Assembly (NCBI GenBank): GCA_016699995.1
Contig: CP064996.1
Coordinates: 754,963 to 818,962 of the forward strand
Length of the DNA: 64,000 nt
From: a bacterium
GTDB taxonomy: Bacteria; Patescibacteriota; Doudnabacteria; UBA920
Direction: 5' to 3'
Of this stretch, positions 44,767-54,148 are shown piece after piece; within the stretch, counting starts at the first letter, position 1, and each line of letters starts with the position of its first letter. A model generated the notes under the pieces. That model did no database searches, was not told the DNA's origin, and worked only from the letters and a program-made list of their open reading frames with translations. Position numbers and translations under genes: made by a program.

Positions 44767-45403
44767 AAGTAATTTGGTCTACAGAAATTGATTTTTGGTT
44801 AATAGCCACCACAGGCGTACCCGGCTTTAGTACTGAATTACCCAGACGGGTCTTAGTCGTAACCTGCTTCATTGCCTTTAACAAAGTCTCCCCATCTACT
44901 TCGCGAGCTGAGTGCTGCAAAAAATCCCATAAGACTTTGGCGTCATCGAAAGCACGGTGGCGATTAGCGCATTCAAAGTTATACCGTTCTATAATGGCGC
45001 TTAAATTATGCCTTTTATGTTCTTTATAAAGGGCGCGCGAAAGTCGGACAGTACACATACGGTCCAGGTTAAACGCCAAATCGGCTTTGCGGAATTCTTC
45101 ACGCAAAAAATTATAATCGAACGTGACGTTATGAGCCACAAAAATGGCGTCTTCAAACTTAGCAAGTAAATCTTCGGCAATATCTTCGAACAGCGGAGCA
45201 TTGGCCACGTCTTGGTCGCTGATTCCAGTCATGCGCGTAATAAATTCCGGGATCTCCTGCTTCGGATTTATAAGAGTTTGGAACTGCTCCACGACTTCGC
45301 CGCGCTCTATGCGCAATAAGCCGATCTCGATAATACGACTAAAAAACGGGCTTCCGCCAGTTGTTTCCACATCTACAATTGTAAAGTTTTGCTCGTTCAA
45401 CAT
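44729..45403 (-). CDS. DEDDh 3'-5' exonuclease (DnaQ/epsilon-like).
   Basis: Exo I FTIVDVETTG, Exo II VAHNVTFDYNFL, Exo III HRAFDDA. Overlaps the downstream glycosylase gene by 38 nt. Confidence 0.75.
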   Translation of the reverse strand: MLNEQNFTIVDVETTGGSPFFSRIIEIGLLRIERGEVVEQFQTLINPKQEIPEFITRMTGISDQDVANAPLFEDIAEDLLAKFEDAIFVAHNVTFDYNFLREEFRKADLAFNLDRMCTVRLSRALYKEHKRHNLSAIIERYNFECANRHRAFDDAKVLWDFLQHSAREVDGETLLKAMKQVTTKTRLGNSVLKPGTPVVAINQKSISVDQITYEPEPGEALNIG

Positions 45404-45554
45404 TGTCTATATTATAGCTAGGATTAAGGCACTGGTAAATTAAAGGGTTATAGCGACCCTTTATAAAATAAAAAGACGTAAAATTACGTCTTATGAATTA
45501 CAAGGCATCTCCGTCTCTGTTATCAATCTCACTTCTAGCGAAATTTTCATTAAT

Positions 45555-45770
45555 TTAAGACGGATGAACGTAGGCAATAATAGCTGTCAAACGAGTACTA
45601 GTCTCATTAATCTGGGTCTGCAACCATTCAACACTTTTTACTTGTCCGGTTTGCTCCTGGATTCTTTCACTAAATACATTAACCTCTCTGGTAAGGTCCG
45701 CCAATACTCCTACTGTGGACTGATGAAATTCAGCAGAAAAAACCTGATATTTAACTACTTTTCCAAACAT
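45555..45770 (-). CDS. Small hypothetical protein (71 aa).
   Basis: AAGGAGG RBS 6 nt upstream. Lies downstream of the ABC exporter. Confidence 0.4.
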   Translation of the reverse strand: MFGKVVKYQVFSAEFHQSTVGVLADLTREVNVFSERIQEQTGQVKSVEWLQTQINETSTRLTAIIAYVHPS

Positions 45771-45834
45771 TATTTAATTCCTCCTTTTCGAAATAACGTC
45801 ACATCATAGCTAAAATTTTTGCTAGTGTCAATAA

Positions 45835-45860
45835 AAAAGCACCAACTTAGTTGGTGCTTT
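45835..45860. terminator. Bidirectional Rho-independent terminator.
   Basis: aaaagcaccaac-ttag-ttggtgcttt. Confidence 0.6.
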
Positions 45861-45862
45861 AA

Positions 45863-47725
45863 TTAAGCTGTCGAACAGGCAAATTCGGCTGGTGCCAAAT
45901 CTTCACCCCACTTCTTCTCCTTATTATCGCTACCATTGTTTAACTCAAGGTCGCACAAGTGTCTGTAATAAGGACAGGTTATCAGTAATTCATCGTGAGT
46001 GCCCTCCCCGATCATCTCGCCGTTTTGCATTACAACAATGCGCTGGGCGATTTTGACTGTCGACAAACGGTGGGCAATAACAAACACGGTTTTGTTTTCG
46101 TGCTGGTTAACCAGACGGGACAGCGATTCCTGGACTTCCTTCTGGGAAGACCCGTCCAAAGAGCTGGTTGCCTCGTCGAGCACTAATACCCGGGAAGATT
46201 CCCGAATAAACGCCCGCGCAATAGCAATGCGCTGCTGCTGGCCACCAGAAAGATAAACGCCATGTTCGCCGACTTTGCTGTGAATGCCGTTCGGCAAGCT
46301 TTCGACAAAGTCCCAGGCATAAGCCTGCTTAAGCGCGTTCTCAATTTCCAGATCGGTTGCATCCCATTTACCGAGGGCAACATTTTCTGCGATCGTAGAA
46401 CTGAGCAAAGAGGATCTTTGTGGCACCACGGCCAATCCTTCGCTGCGATAGCGGTGAAGGTCAAGCTCGCGGATATCTATACCATCAACTTCGACCACGC
46501 CGCTGGTTGCAGGACGCTCGCCTGCTATTAGGCAAGCCAGCGTGGATTTGCCACCGCCAGATTCTCCGACCAAGGCAATGACTTCTCCTGCATTAACTTC
46601 TAAGTTAATGTTGCGCAGGGCCCATTTTTCTTTACCCGGATACTGGAACGACACATCTTTAAAGCGAATCGCACCCTCCAGCTTTTGCGGCCATTTAGGC
46701 TGCTCCGGCTGCGGCATGTCGCTAGGAGTGTTAAAGAACTCTACCATCTCGCGCAGCGACTGCATCCCGCGATAGTAATAGCGAAAGAAGTCGTTAAGCT
46801 GATACAAGTTGTTCAGCATGCGCGTCATCCAAAACATAGCCATAACCATTGCGCCGACAGTAATGCCAACGCCGTACTGAGTTTGTCCCACCAGCAACCA
46901 GTAAAACACAACGGTTAAGGTGGCAACCAACACTTCATGGGTTGTTAGGCGATTTCGCCAGGGCCTATGCCGATCTCGGTCATCGCTCCAGTATTGATTA
47001 TAAGAATCGCAATGCTTTTGAACATATTCATGTTCCCTGCCAAATGAACGCAAGGCGTACCAGTTGGAAGTCAAGCTTTTTGAATGCTCACTAATCTCTT
47101 CGCGCTGGTTATACCAGCTCTTAGACAATCTTTTCATTGTTGGCAGATTGATTCTCGCCAATACCAGATAAAGAGCAAAACAAATAAGTCCGTAAACCAA
47201 CAGTTGCCAGCCGATTATCAGCAGAGCAAAAGCCGTGATGACAATTCTCATGATTACAGGTAAAGCTCCGTAACCTAGAAAGCCGACAATATATTCCAAC
47301 CGGTCGATATTTTCTTTTACCTTCGAATCCTTCTCGCCAGTGGAATGCTCAACGTGCCATGAAGTAGGCAGGTTCAGCATTTTATCCATCGCAGCAGCAT
47401 GCATAGTTGCAAACTCGCCGCAAAAGAAATCGTTGCGCACATTATCCATTTTAGTGTGGACGAACGCACCTAGCACCAACGAGACCAAAAGAAACGCTGT
47501 CAGATAAATGAACTGGGAAATATTTAGCGGCTGCTGCTGAGCAACCGTCTGCACAATGATTTCTGTAATGCCTTGGACAGGCCAATACTGGACGATCATT
47601 ATGATCTCGCAGGCCAAAATCAGCAGCAAAGTCTGAATCAACAGTTTCTTAAGCTTGGGCCATTCTTGGTCGAAAAACTTAGATGCATGACGCAGAGCCA
47701 TGATATCTTTCCATATTTTCCTCAC
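45863..47725 (-). CDS. ABC exporter, fused permease plus ATPase.
   Basis: 620 aa. Six TM helices followed by the NBD with Walker A GESGGGKST, signature LSGGQQQRIAIARAF and Walker B VLVLDEATS. GTG start 8 nt after AGGAGG. Confidence 0.8.
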   Translation of the reverse strand: MRKIWKDIMALRHASKFFDQEWPKLKKLLIQTLLLILACEIIMIVQYWPVQGITEIIVQTVAQQQPLNISQFIYLTAFLLVSLVLGAFVHTKMDNVRNDFFCGEFATMHAAAMDKMLNLPTSWHVEHSTGEKDSKVKENIDRLEYIVGFLGYGALPVIMRIVITAFALLIIGWQLLVYGLICFALYLVLARINLPTMKRLSKSWYNQREEISEHSKSLTSNWYALRSFGREHEYVQKHCDSYNQYWSDDRDRHRPWRNRLTTHEVLVATLTVVFYWLLVGQTQYGVGITVGAMVMAMFWMTRMLNNLYQLNDFFRYYYRGMQSLREMVEFFNTPSDMPQPEQPKWPQKLEGAIRFKDVSFQYPGKEKWALRNINLEVNAGEVIALVGESGGGKSTLACLIAGERPATSGVVEVDGIDIRELDLHRYRSEGLAVVPQRSSLLSSTIAENVALGKWDATDLEIENALKQAYAWDFVESLPNGIHSKVGEHGVYLSGGQQQRIAIARAFIRESSRVLVLDEATSSLDGSSQKEVQESLSRLVNQHENKTVFVIAHRLSTVKIAQRIVVMQNGEMIGEGTHDELLITCPYYRHLCDLELNNGSDNKEKKWGEDLAPAEFACSTA

Positions 47726-48140
47726 AATTTTTTCCTCCTATTTGTTGTCAAAGTATTGCGGAATTACCCACTAAAAAGAACAAAAATCCCGGCTGTTTTC
47801 GCCGAGTTTATTAAGGTTTCTTAAGTTTTATTTCAAGAAATCTAAGTTAACACGGCAAAAAACCATTTGCGTAAAACGCAATGCGACCGGATACAATATT
47901 CAATTGTGGCACGATTGTGTGCATGGTCATGGCTTTGCCTTTCTGTGCCATCTCTATTGCTTGGCTAGCAATTCGAGGCCCATTAGTTAATTAATAAGAC
48001 GGTGTTATAACCGTAACGTTACAGTTTATACTAAATTTTTACGCATGTCAAGATGGCCCATGCATACATCCATTTATTATTTTTCAGTTGTGATTCACGT
48101 CTGTCCCTGATCGCTGGTTATTTAGAACACAGTTTTCTAT

Positions 48141-48170
48141 TGACATAGGAGACTACACTTGATACGATAA
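48141..48170 (+). promoter_or_regulatory. Sigma70-type promoter for the 48202..48693 gene.
   Basis: TTGACA, 17 nt spacer, TACGAT. Confidence 0.4.
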
Positions 48171-48201
48171 CTCCTAAAACAAATATAGGAGGATGAATTA
48201 T

Positions 48202-48693
48202 ATGGAACCTAAGCGATTAGGTTTGGACGTAGGCAACGTCCTGGTTATGGCCACGCAACAGGAAGCATTGCAAGATGACTTTTTGCTTCGCAAGCCTACC
48301 GACAACGCTTTCGAAACGATCGCGTCATTGGTGCAGGAAAAAATATTTGAGCCAGAGAATATTTTCATAATCTCTGCATGCGGCCCGGATACCGAACAAA
48401 AAACCAAACAGTGGTTCCGACATCACCGAATTTTTCACCGAGTCGGCATCCGTTCGAAAAATTGGTATTTTGTTCGCCACCGAAGCGACAAAGCACCGGT
48501 CTGCAGAGCCCTAGGAATAACTCACTTTGTGGACGATCGATTGGATGTTCTCGACAACATTCACAGGGAATCACCGAGAACAAAGTTGTTTGCTTTCAAT
48601 CCCAGGTCTATGATGATGAGCTTGGCGCAGTGGCAATACATAACAGTCGTGAATAATTTTGTAGAATTAGAAGCCAAATTAAAAACCGCTTGA
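48202..48693 (+). CDS. HAD-like hydrolase-fold protein with degenerate motif I. Function unknown.
   Basis: LGLDVGNVL at the N-terminus lacks the second Asp. ITHFVDDRLDVL resembles HAD motif IV. Start moved to the second ATG, which has proper RBS spacing. Confidence 0.4.
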   Translation: MEPKRLGLDVGNVLVMATQQEALQDDFLLRKPTDNAFETIASLVQEKIFEPENIFIISACGPDTEQKTKQWFRHHRIFHRVGIRSKNWYFVRHRSDKAPVCRALGITHFVDDRLDVLDNIHRESPRTKLFAFNPRSMMMSLAQWQYITVVNNFVELEAKLKTA

Positions 48694-48712
48694 GACTCAA
48701 GCGGTTTTATTT
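48680..48712. terminator. Bidirectional terminator shared with clpP.
   Basis: aaccgcttgag-act-caagcggtt, with a T-run on the plus strand and an A-run before it. Confidence 0.55.
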
Positions 48713-48727
48713 TCACGACTATTTTAG

Positions 48728-49303
48728 CTATTGAATGATCTTATCGATAATGCCGTACTTTTTGGCTTCTTCCGGAATCATGAAGTAATCACGGTCGGTG
48801 TCCTGTTCGATTTTCTTTAGCGGCTGGCCGGTGTGCTTAGCCATGATCTCGTTAATCTGATTCTTAATGCGCAGCATTTCGCGAGCCTGGATCTCTACAT
48901 CCTTTTGCTGACCCTCTACACCGCCCATAACTTGGTGAATCATGATGCGGGCATTAGGCAAGGCAAAGCGCTTGCCTTTTGTGCCGCTAGCAAGCAGCAC
49001 CGCAGCAGCAGAAGCCGCCTGGCCAACACAAATAGTAGCTACGTCAGCTTTAATGTGCTGAATCGTGTCGTACATAGCCATGGCCGAAGTCACGCTGCCG
49101 CCTGGGGAATTAATATATATCTTTACATCTTCTTTGGCGTTTTCGGCATCCAAGAACAATAGCTGGGCAATTAAAGTATTAGCCACAGCATCGTCGATGG
49201 GTTCGCCTAGAAAGATAATGCGCTCTTTGAGCAAACGGCTATAAATATCGTATGCGCGTTCACCCATCGGAGACTTATCGATAACCATTGGTACTAAAGG
49301 CAT
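48728..49303 (-). CDS. clpP: ATP-dependent Clp protease proteolytic subunit.
   Basis: 191 aa. Catalytic Ser in GQAASAAA. His and Asp in MIHQ...D context. Confidence 0.9.
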   Translation of the reverse strand: MPLVPMVIDKSPMGERAYDIYSRLLKERIIFLGEPIDDAVANTLIAQLLFLDAENAKEDVKIYINSPGGSVTSAMAMYDTIQHIKADVATICVGQAASAAAVLLASGTKGKRFALPNARIMIHQVMGGVEGQQKDVEIQAREMLRIKNQINEIMAKHTGQPLKKIEQDTDRDYFMIPEEAKKYGIIDKIIQ

Positions 49304-49364
49304 AGGTTTAAAATGATTAATAATTATTTGCCGCGGGGGTTACCCATGTACGGCCACAAACGGT

Positions 49365-50600
49365 TTATGCTCGAACTTCTTCTTCGCTGGCTGCTTCTTC
49401 TGCTACATCTTCTTCTACAGTATTAGCAAGGGGGGTTTCTTCTGCAGTACCTGCTTCTTCGTAGCTGCCGGCTTCAGCAGCTTCGGAAACTTCAGTAGCT
49501 TCGGAAGCTTCAGCTTCCACAGCTTCGCCGCTTTCTTGACTAGCTGCGCTGCCACCTTCGGAAGCAATGTCGATTTTCCAGCCTGTTAAGCGAGCTGCCA
49601 GGCGAACGTTTTGTCCGCTCTTGCCAATGGCCAAAGACAATTGATCTTCGAGTACACCAACTTGAGCAGACTGTTCTTCCTGATTCAACTGAACGTTTAA
49701 AATCTTGGCAGGAGACAAAGAGTTAGCAATAAACTTTACGGGGTCTTCGCTCCATTCAATTATGTCGATTTTCTCGCCGCCAAGCTCGCCCATAACAGTT
49801 TGCACGCGGGTTCCTTTTTGACCAACACAGGCACCGATTGGGTCAATGCCTTCCTGGGTAGAAGTAACTGCGATCTTACTGCGGCTGCCGGCTTCGCGGG
49901 CAACGGCTTTAATCTCGACAGTGCCGTTAAAGATTTCTGGAACTTCCAATTCGAACAGCTTGCGGACCATATCCGGATGGCTGCGCGACAAAGTAATCTT
50001 CGGACCTTTGCTGGTTGGCTCTACATGAAGGATCAAAACTTTAAAGCGCTGGCCGACTTCATACTTTTCGTTGCGGATCTGTTCGGACGGGAACAAAATA
50101 CCAACAGCTTTTCCGAGATCGATTAAAACCGTGTCGCCTTCGACACGTTGGATTACACCATTAATGAGGGTGCGTTCTTTAGCTTTGAAGTCAGAGAACT
50201 GCATGTTGCGTTCTGCTTCGCGTAATTTTTGGATAATAACCTGCTTTGCAGTCTGAGCAGCAATACGGCCGAATTCCATGCCATCTTTTGGAGTGATCTC
50301 CTGGCGAATTACATCGCCGGCCTTAGCGCCCTTTTGCCATTCCTGGGCCAATTCGATGCTTATTTCCTTTTGCTGATCTTCTATTTCTTCCTGGTTAATG
50401 GGCACTACAGTTTTTTCGTCGAAAATCTTGGCAGACAAATCCTCTGCATTAAATTCCACGACAGGGTTCTGTCCTGGTTCGCCGAAATCTTTACGAAATG
50501 CTGCTGCCAAAGAGGCTTCGATCATTTCGATGATCTCTTCGCGGGAAATACCTTTTTCTTCGGCAATTTGCGCCAAAGCTTGTTCTAATTGTTCGTTCAT
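49365..50600 (-). CDS. nusA: Transcription termination/antitermination factor NusA with an acidic C-terminal tail.
   Basis: NTD, S1 and tandem KH (GACVGQKGTRVQTV...GEKIDIIEW) domains. Glu/Ala-rich tail. Confidence 0.85.
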   Translation of the reverse strand: MNEQLEQALAQIAEEKGISREEIIEMIEASLAAAFRKDFGEPGQNPVVEFNAEDLSAKIFDEKTVVPINQEEIEDQQKEISIELAQEWQKGAKAGDVIRQEITPKDGMEFGRIAAQTAKQVIIQKLREAERNMQFSDFKAKERTLINGVIQRVEGDTVLIDLGKAVGILFPSEQIRNEKYEVGQRFKVLILHVEPTSKGPKITLSRSHPDMVRKLFELEVPEIFNGTVEIKAVAREAGSRSKIAVTSTQEGIDPIGACVGQKGTRVQTVMGELGGEKIDIIEWSEDPVKFIANSLSPAKILNVQLNQEEQSAQVGVLEDQLSLAIGKSGQNVRLAARLTGWKIDIASEGGSAASQESGEAVEAEASEATEVSEAAEAGSYEEAGTAEETPLANTVEEDVAEEAASEEEVRA

Positions 50601-50794
50601 ATTTAATTGCGCGTAACTACTAGTCGAGCAGTTAACTATTTAATTGTTTAGGGTTCATGATATTGCTTAAGAAAGATCTCGTTCGCACAGCCGCCAGAAT
50701 TTCTGAAGGAAATTCGCCAGCGGCGTAGCGACGGAAGCTTTCGTAGCAATATCATGGGCCATTAAACTAAATAAAAAGCGAGCTATGAGCTCAC

Positions 50795-51208
50795 CTAGTT
50801 CAGTTCTACGGCATTTGTAATTATTTTACTATATTTTACGAATTTGTCAAGGCTGGAGGCAGGCAGGGCGCGGGCGGCAGAACTTAATAAAATTGCGCAG
50901 ACATCGATGCGGGGCTGCAAATTTCGATATTGGGAATGGCGGGCCAAAAACCACGTCACCACTTTTAATAAGCGGGCCTGCTTTTGCGCCGGCACGGCCT
51001 CCTCTGGCAAGCCATACTTGCTAGACACGCGAGTTTTTACTTCCACAAAAATTATCTGGTTTTTGCCTAAGACGATTAAATCTATCTCACCCATCTGCTT
51101 GCCGGTGTGATTAAAGGAGTTGCGAGTTAGCAGCTTATACCCCTGTCTAATATATAGACGAGCTGCATAGTTCTCGCCCCATGCGCCCAATGTTTTATCC
51201 TGATTCAT
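50795..51208 (-). CDS. yraN: YraN-family (UPF0102) endonuclease-like protein.
   Basis: GEIDLIVLGKNQIIFVEVKTR PD-(D/E)xK-like motif. Confidence 0.7.
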   Translation of the reverse strand: MNQDKTLGAWGENYAARLYIRQGYKLLTRNSFNHTGKQMGEIDLIVLGKNQIIFVEVKTRVSSKYGLPEEAVPAQKQARLLKVVTWFLARHSQYRNLQPRIDVCAILLSSAARALPASSLDKFVKYSKIITNAVELN

Positions 51209-51301
51209 TGCCTAAGATTAGCAATAACCGGTTCAACTTGGCTTCAATAATTTCTCAAAATTGAACAAAGAGAATGCAAGAAAAAAAGACCCGTGGGTCT
51301 T

Positions 51302-51712
51302 TTACTTTTTCATATTCAGATACTTTTCCTTGAGCTGTTCTTTATTAAGCAAGTTCATATCCTTGCGATACTGAAACAGAAAATACTTGAGAGGCTTAAT
51401 GAGGAAGTAAATTCCCGCCAATCCGATCAGCAAAGCAGTGGTACGGCTTCCTAAAGCAGATACATATTGCCACCGCAACACGTACCATATCATTTCCAGC
51501 AAGCCTATGGTCATAAAGACGGAGCTCAAGCGGCCAAATTGCGGTCGCTTCAGTTTATCTGAGCTCAGTAAGCGAACGATGAGAAAAACAACACCCAATA
51601 CCACCAGAGCCGCTCCGAAATACAAAATAACTTTATCTGTTAAGTGCACTACGCCGCGCTCGATACCAAACCAATATTGCTTGGTAATAAATTCATTCCA
51701 GTTGATAGTCAT
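51302..51712 (-). CDS. Hypothetical membrane protein (136 aa, three TM helices).
   Basis: Hydrophobic segments only. Confidence 0.4.
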   Translation of the reverse strand: MTINWNEFITKQYWFGIERGVVHLTDKVILYFGAALVVLGVVFLIVRLLSSDKLKRPQFGRLSSVFMTIGLLEMIWYVLRWQYVSALGSRTTALLIGLAGIYFLIKPLKYFLFQYRKDMNLLNKEQLKEKYLNMKK

Positions 51713-51810
51713 AGGAATATTTTACCCATATTCCCGCCTTCGGGCAAGAGGATAAAAAAACCGGCCAAAGCCGGTTGGTAAATATGAGGCGGTTATTTAC
51801 CCCAAAAGAA

Positions 51811-52338
51811 TTATTGTTTTTCAAATACCATGGCGTAGTGGTACACATCGCCGTTTAAGTCTTTGGTGTGACGAAAACCCAGCTGCTCCAATTCGGCTCG
51901 AAGATCATGCTCAGAAATGCGCTTTTCCATGCTTGGACCAAATGGGCTATGCTCATCTTTCCAGTCGACGGTCAGCAGCTTGCCGCCGGTTCTAAGCAAG
52001 GCATAAGCATTCTTTAGCAAAGCATGACGGTCTTTGACTTCGTGCAAAATACTTGCGGCAATGACGCCATCTTCTGCCCCATGGGGAACCTTGTCAAAAG
52101 GCTTTTCCAAATCTGCTTGGTATACTTCTACATTATGCAAACCGCTTTGTATCGTAATAGATTTAGTTGCAGCCAATTTTGAATCCTGAACATCCACGGC
52201 TGCCACGCGCCCGGTGTTGCCGACAATCTTCCCGGCGGCCAAAGTATAAAAGCCGCTGCCACAGCCAAGGTCGGTGACTTTGTTGCCGGCTTTTAGGCCC
52301 ATATGGGCGACGACTTTTTCTGGTTTGATAAATTGCAT
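51811..52338 (-). CDS. Class I SAM-dependent methyltransferase.
   Basis: VTDLGCGSGFYTL motif I. Confidence 0.65.
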   Translation of the reverse strand: MQFIKPEKVVAHMGLKAGNKVTDLGCGSGFYTLAAGKIVGNTGRVAAVDVQDSKLAATKSITIQSGLHNVEVYQADLEKPFDKVPHGAEDGVIAASILHEVKDRHALLKNAYALLRTGGKLLTVDWKDEHSPFGPSMEKRISEHDLRAELEQLGFRHTKDLNGDVYHYAMVFEKQ

Positions 52339-52413
52339 TTTACTTTTGGTTTCTTATAAAACTTTAAGAGCTTAAGTATTGTAGCCGGATTGGCCCTATT
52401 TAATTTGATCCAG

Positions 52414-53247
52414 TTATGCAGCTTCGGCCTCGAACGGAACTTCGGCTTGCAACCTCTGAAAGCCGACTATTTTATTTCCATCCAATTCGACTAACAGGGC
52501 GTTGGCTATTGCGGTTCCTGATTCCGGAACTTCCAATTTGAACTTGCCGCGGCCGAGAAACACATCTAAGGAATTTTCTACCCTTACTCCAAGCACGGAA
52601 TCCCGCGCTCCGGTCATGCCCAGATCTGTCTGCAGCAGCGTTCCCTGCGATAGCACTTTAGTGTCTGCGGTCGGGATATGGGTGTGGGTTCCGTAGACAA
52701 CCGTGGCGCGGCCATCGGCATGCCAAGCAAACGCGTTCTTTTCGCTGGTTGCTTCGGCATGCAAATCTACAATGATTATATCATCTTTTTGGGCTTGGTT
52801 AGAATACACTTCGTCAAAGGCAAAAAACGGATTGCCAATTTCACCGCGGAATTGCTTTTCAAAAAATGTCTGACCCCCTAAATTGATAACTAAGTACTGT
52901 TGGCCATTTTTGCTAAAGCGGTAAAAGCCATGACCGGGAACTGTCTTTCCTTCCGCATCCAAAGTAACATAGTTGCTAGGGCGCGTAATGCTGTCGAATT
53001 TATCAAAACACTCCTCCGCCCGCGGTCCGCTGTCGAACACATGATTGCCAGAAGTGTAAGCGTCAAAACCTAATTCATTCAGCTCTTCTATATGGCGTTC
53101 GATGATGCCTTTGCCATGAGTTAAGTTTTCGACATTGCCAATAATTACATCTGGGTTATGTTCCTGCTTCCACAATGGCAAAACCTGGGCTAACGCTTGG
53201 CGCCCAGGCCGTCCCATAATATCTCCAATGAGTAAAATCTTTGCCAT
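52414..53247 (-). CDS. ymdB: YmdB-like metallophosphoesterase (2',3'-cyclic-nucleotide phosphodiesterase family).
   Basis: MAKILLIGDIMGRPGRQ...GNHVFD...DLHAEATSEK motifs. Start revised to the ATG that overlaps the upstream stop (TAATG). Confidence 0.7.
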   Translation of the reverse strand: MAKILLIGDIMGRPGRQALAQVLPLWKQEHNPDVIIGNVENLTHGKGIIERHIEELNELGFDAYTSGNHVFDSGPRAEECFDKFDSITRPSNYVTLDAEGKTVPGHGFYRFSKNGQQYLVINLGGQTFFEKQFRGEIGNPFFAFDEVYSNQAQKDDIIIVDLHAEATSEKNAFAWHADGRATVVYGTHTHIPTADTKVLSQGTLLQTDLGMTGARDSVLGVRVENSLDVFLGRGKFKLEVPESGTAIANALLVELDGNKIVGFQRLQAEVPFEAEAA

Positions 53248-53771
53248 TAATGCTGGTCTATTTTTGCCTCGTCTGGCAATGAATTCCAAACGATTGCTTT
53301 AATGCTTTCTCTGCCTTCCAATATAGCTCTGGTTAACCGGTGCATACCGTCAAACGGATGAGAGTGGACTTCTTTATCGCCATAAATCCAAATCGGGTTT
53401 TCCAAATTATTAGCTGCACGCTGGATCGATTCAATATGAACGATCCAATTAGGATGGCTATTCTTCAAACTCTCTAAGAATTCGTCTACATCGCTGTTGC
53501 CCGATTCTTTATAGCTCTCCCATAAAACAATAAAGTCATGCGGCCCCAATTTTTGTTCATCTTTAGTGCCCCAATAATAATTCCCTTCGGAAACAGAACT
53601 CTGAATTAACTCATCTGAAAGGGGAATTTCTGTAGCTGGAAATTCTTGCTCATGATCCGTTAAATACTGCTCAAGTTTAACTACATCGTACAACTGGTCA
53701 TTTACAGTTGTAGATTCTTTACGTCCGTCTACCCGTTCTGCTCGCTTAAATTCTCTGTTATTATCCATCAT
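53247..53771 (-). CDS. Hypothetical protein with a C-terminal ParB/sulfiredoxin-like motif.
   Basis: PIWIYGDKEVHSHPFDGMHRLTRAILEG resembles the ParB-N/Srx DGxHR core. Otherwise novel. Confidence 0.35.
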   Translation of the reverse strand: MMDNNREFKRAERVDGRKESTTVNDQLYDVVKLEQYLTDHEQEFPATEIPLSDELIQSSVSEGNYYWGTKDEQKLGPHDFIVLWESYKESGNSDVDEFLESLKNSHPNWIVHIESIQRAANNLENPIWIYGDKEVHSHPFDGMHRLTRAILEGRESIKAIVWNSLPDEAKIDQH

Positions 53772-54145
53772 TTTGACTCATACTTTCCGTTTTGCCAAAA
53801 ACGCTTTTTGGTGGCCTTACCTTCTTCTACTAATCCTTCCCAAATCTTCGCCGGAGGCTCGGTGAGAAAATTTCCATCCGAAACCAGCTTTATATTCTGG
53901 GGGCCCAAAAGCTCAATCATCTTTTTGTAAGCCATCTTTCCATAACCCTGGCCGCGGAATTGTTCCTTAATGTTCACCGATTCGATATTCGCTTCATCCC
54001 CTTCTAGGGTTAAACAAAAGGTCCCGATCGGCTCACCCATCTCGTTGCGAATCTCGTAAATATCCATGGGGCCGTCAGAATCTATCGGAGTCGAAGGTAT
54101 TTCTACCGACTTATCAAACTGAGCAATGTCGCCGCGTTCTCCCAT
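53768..54145 (-). CDS. GNAT-family N-acetyltransferase.
   Basis: EQFRGQGYGKMAY acetyl-CoA binding motif. Confidence 0.6.
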   Translation of the reverse strand: MGERGDIAQFDKSVEIPSTPIDSDGPMDIYEIRNEMGEPIGTFCLTLEGDEANIESVNIKEQFRGQGYGKMAYKKMIELLGPQNIKLVSDGNFLTEPPAKIWEGLVEEGKATKKRFWQNGKYESK

Positions 54146-54148
54146 AAA

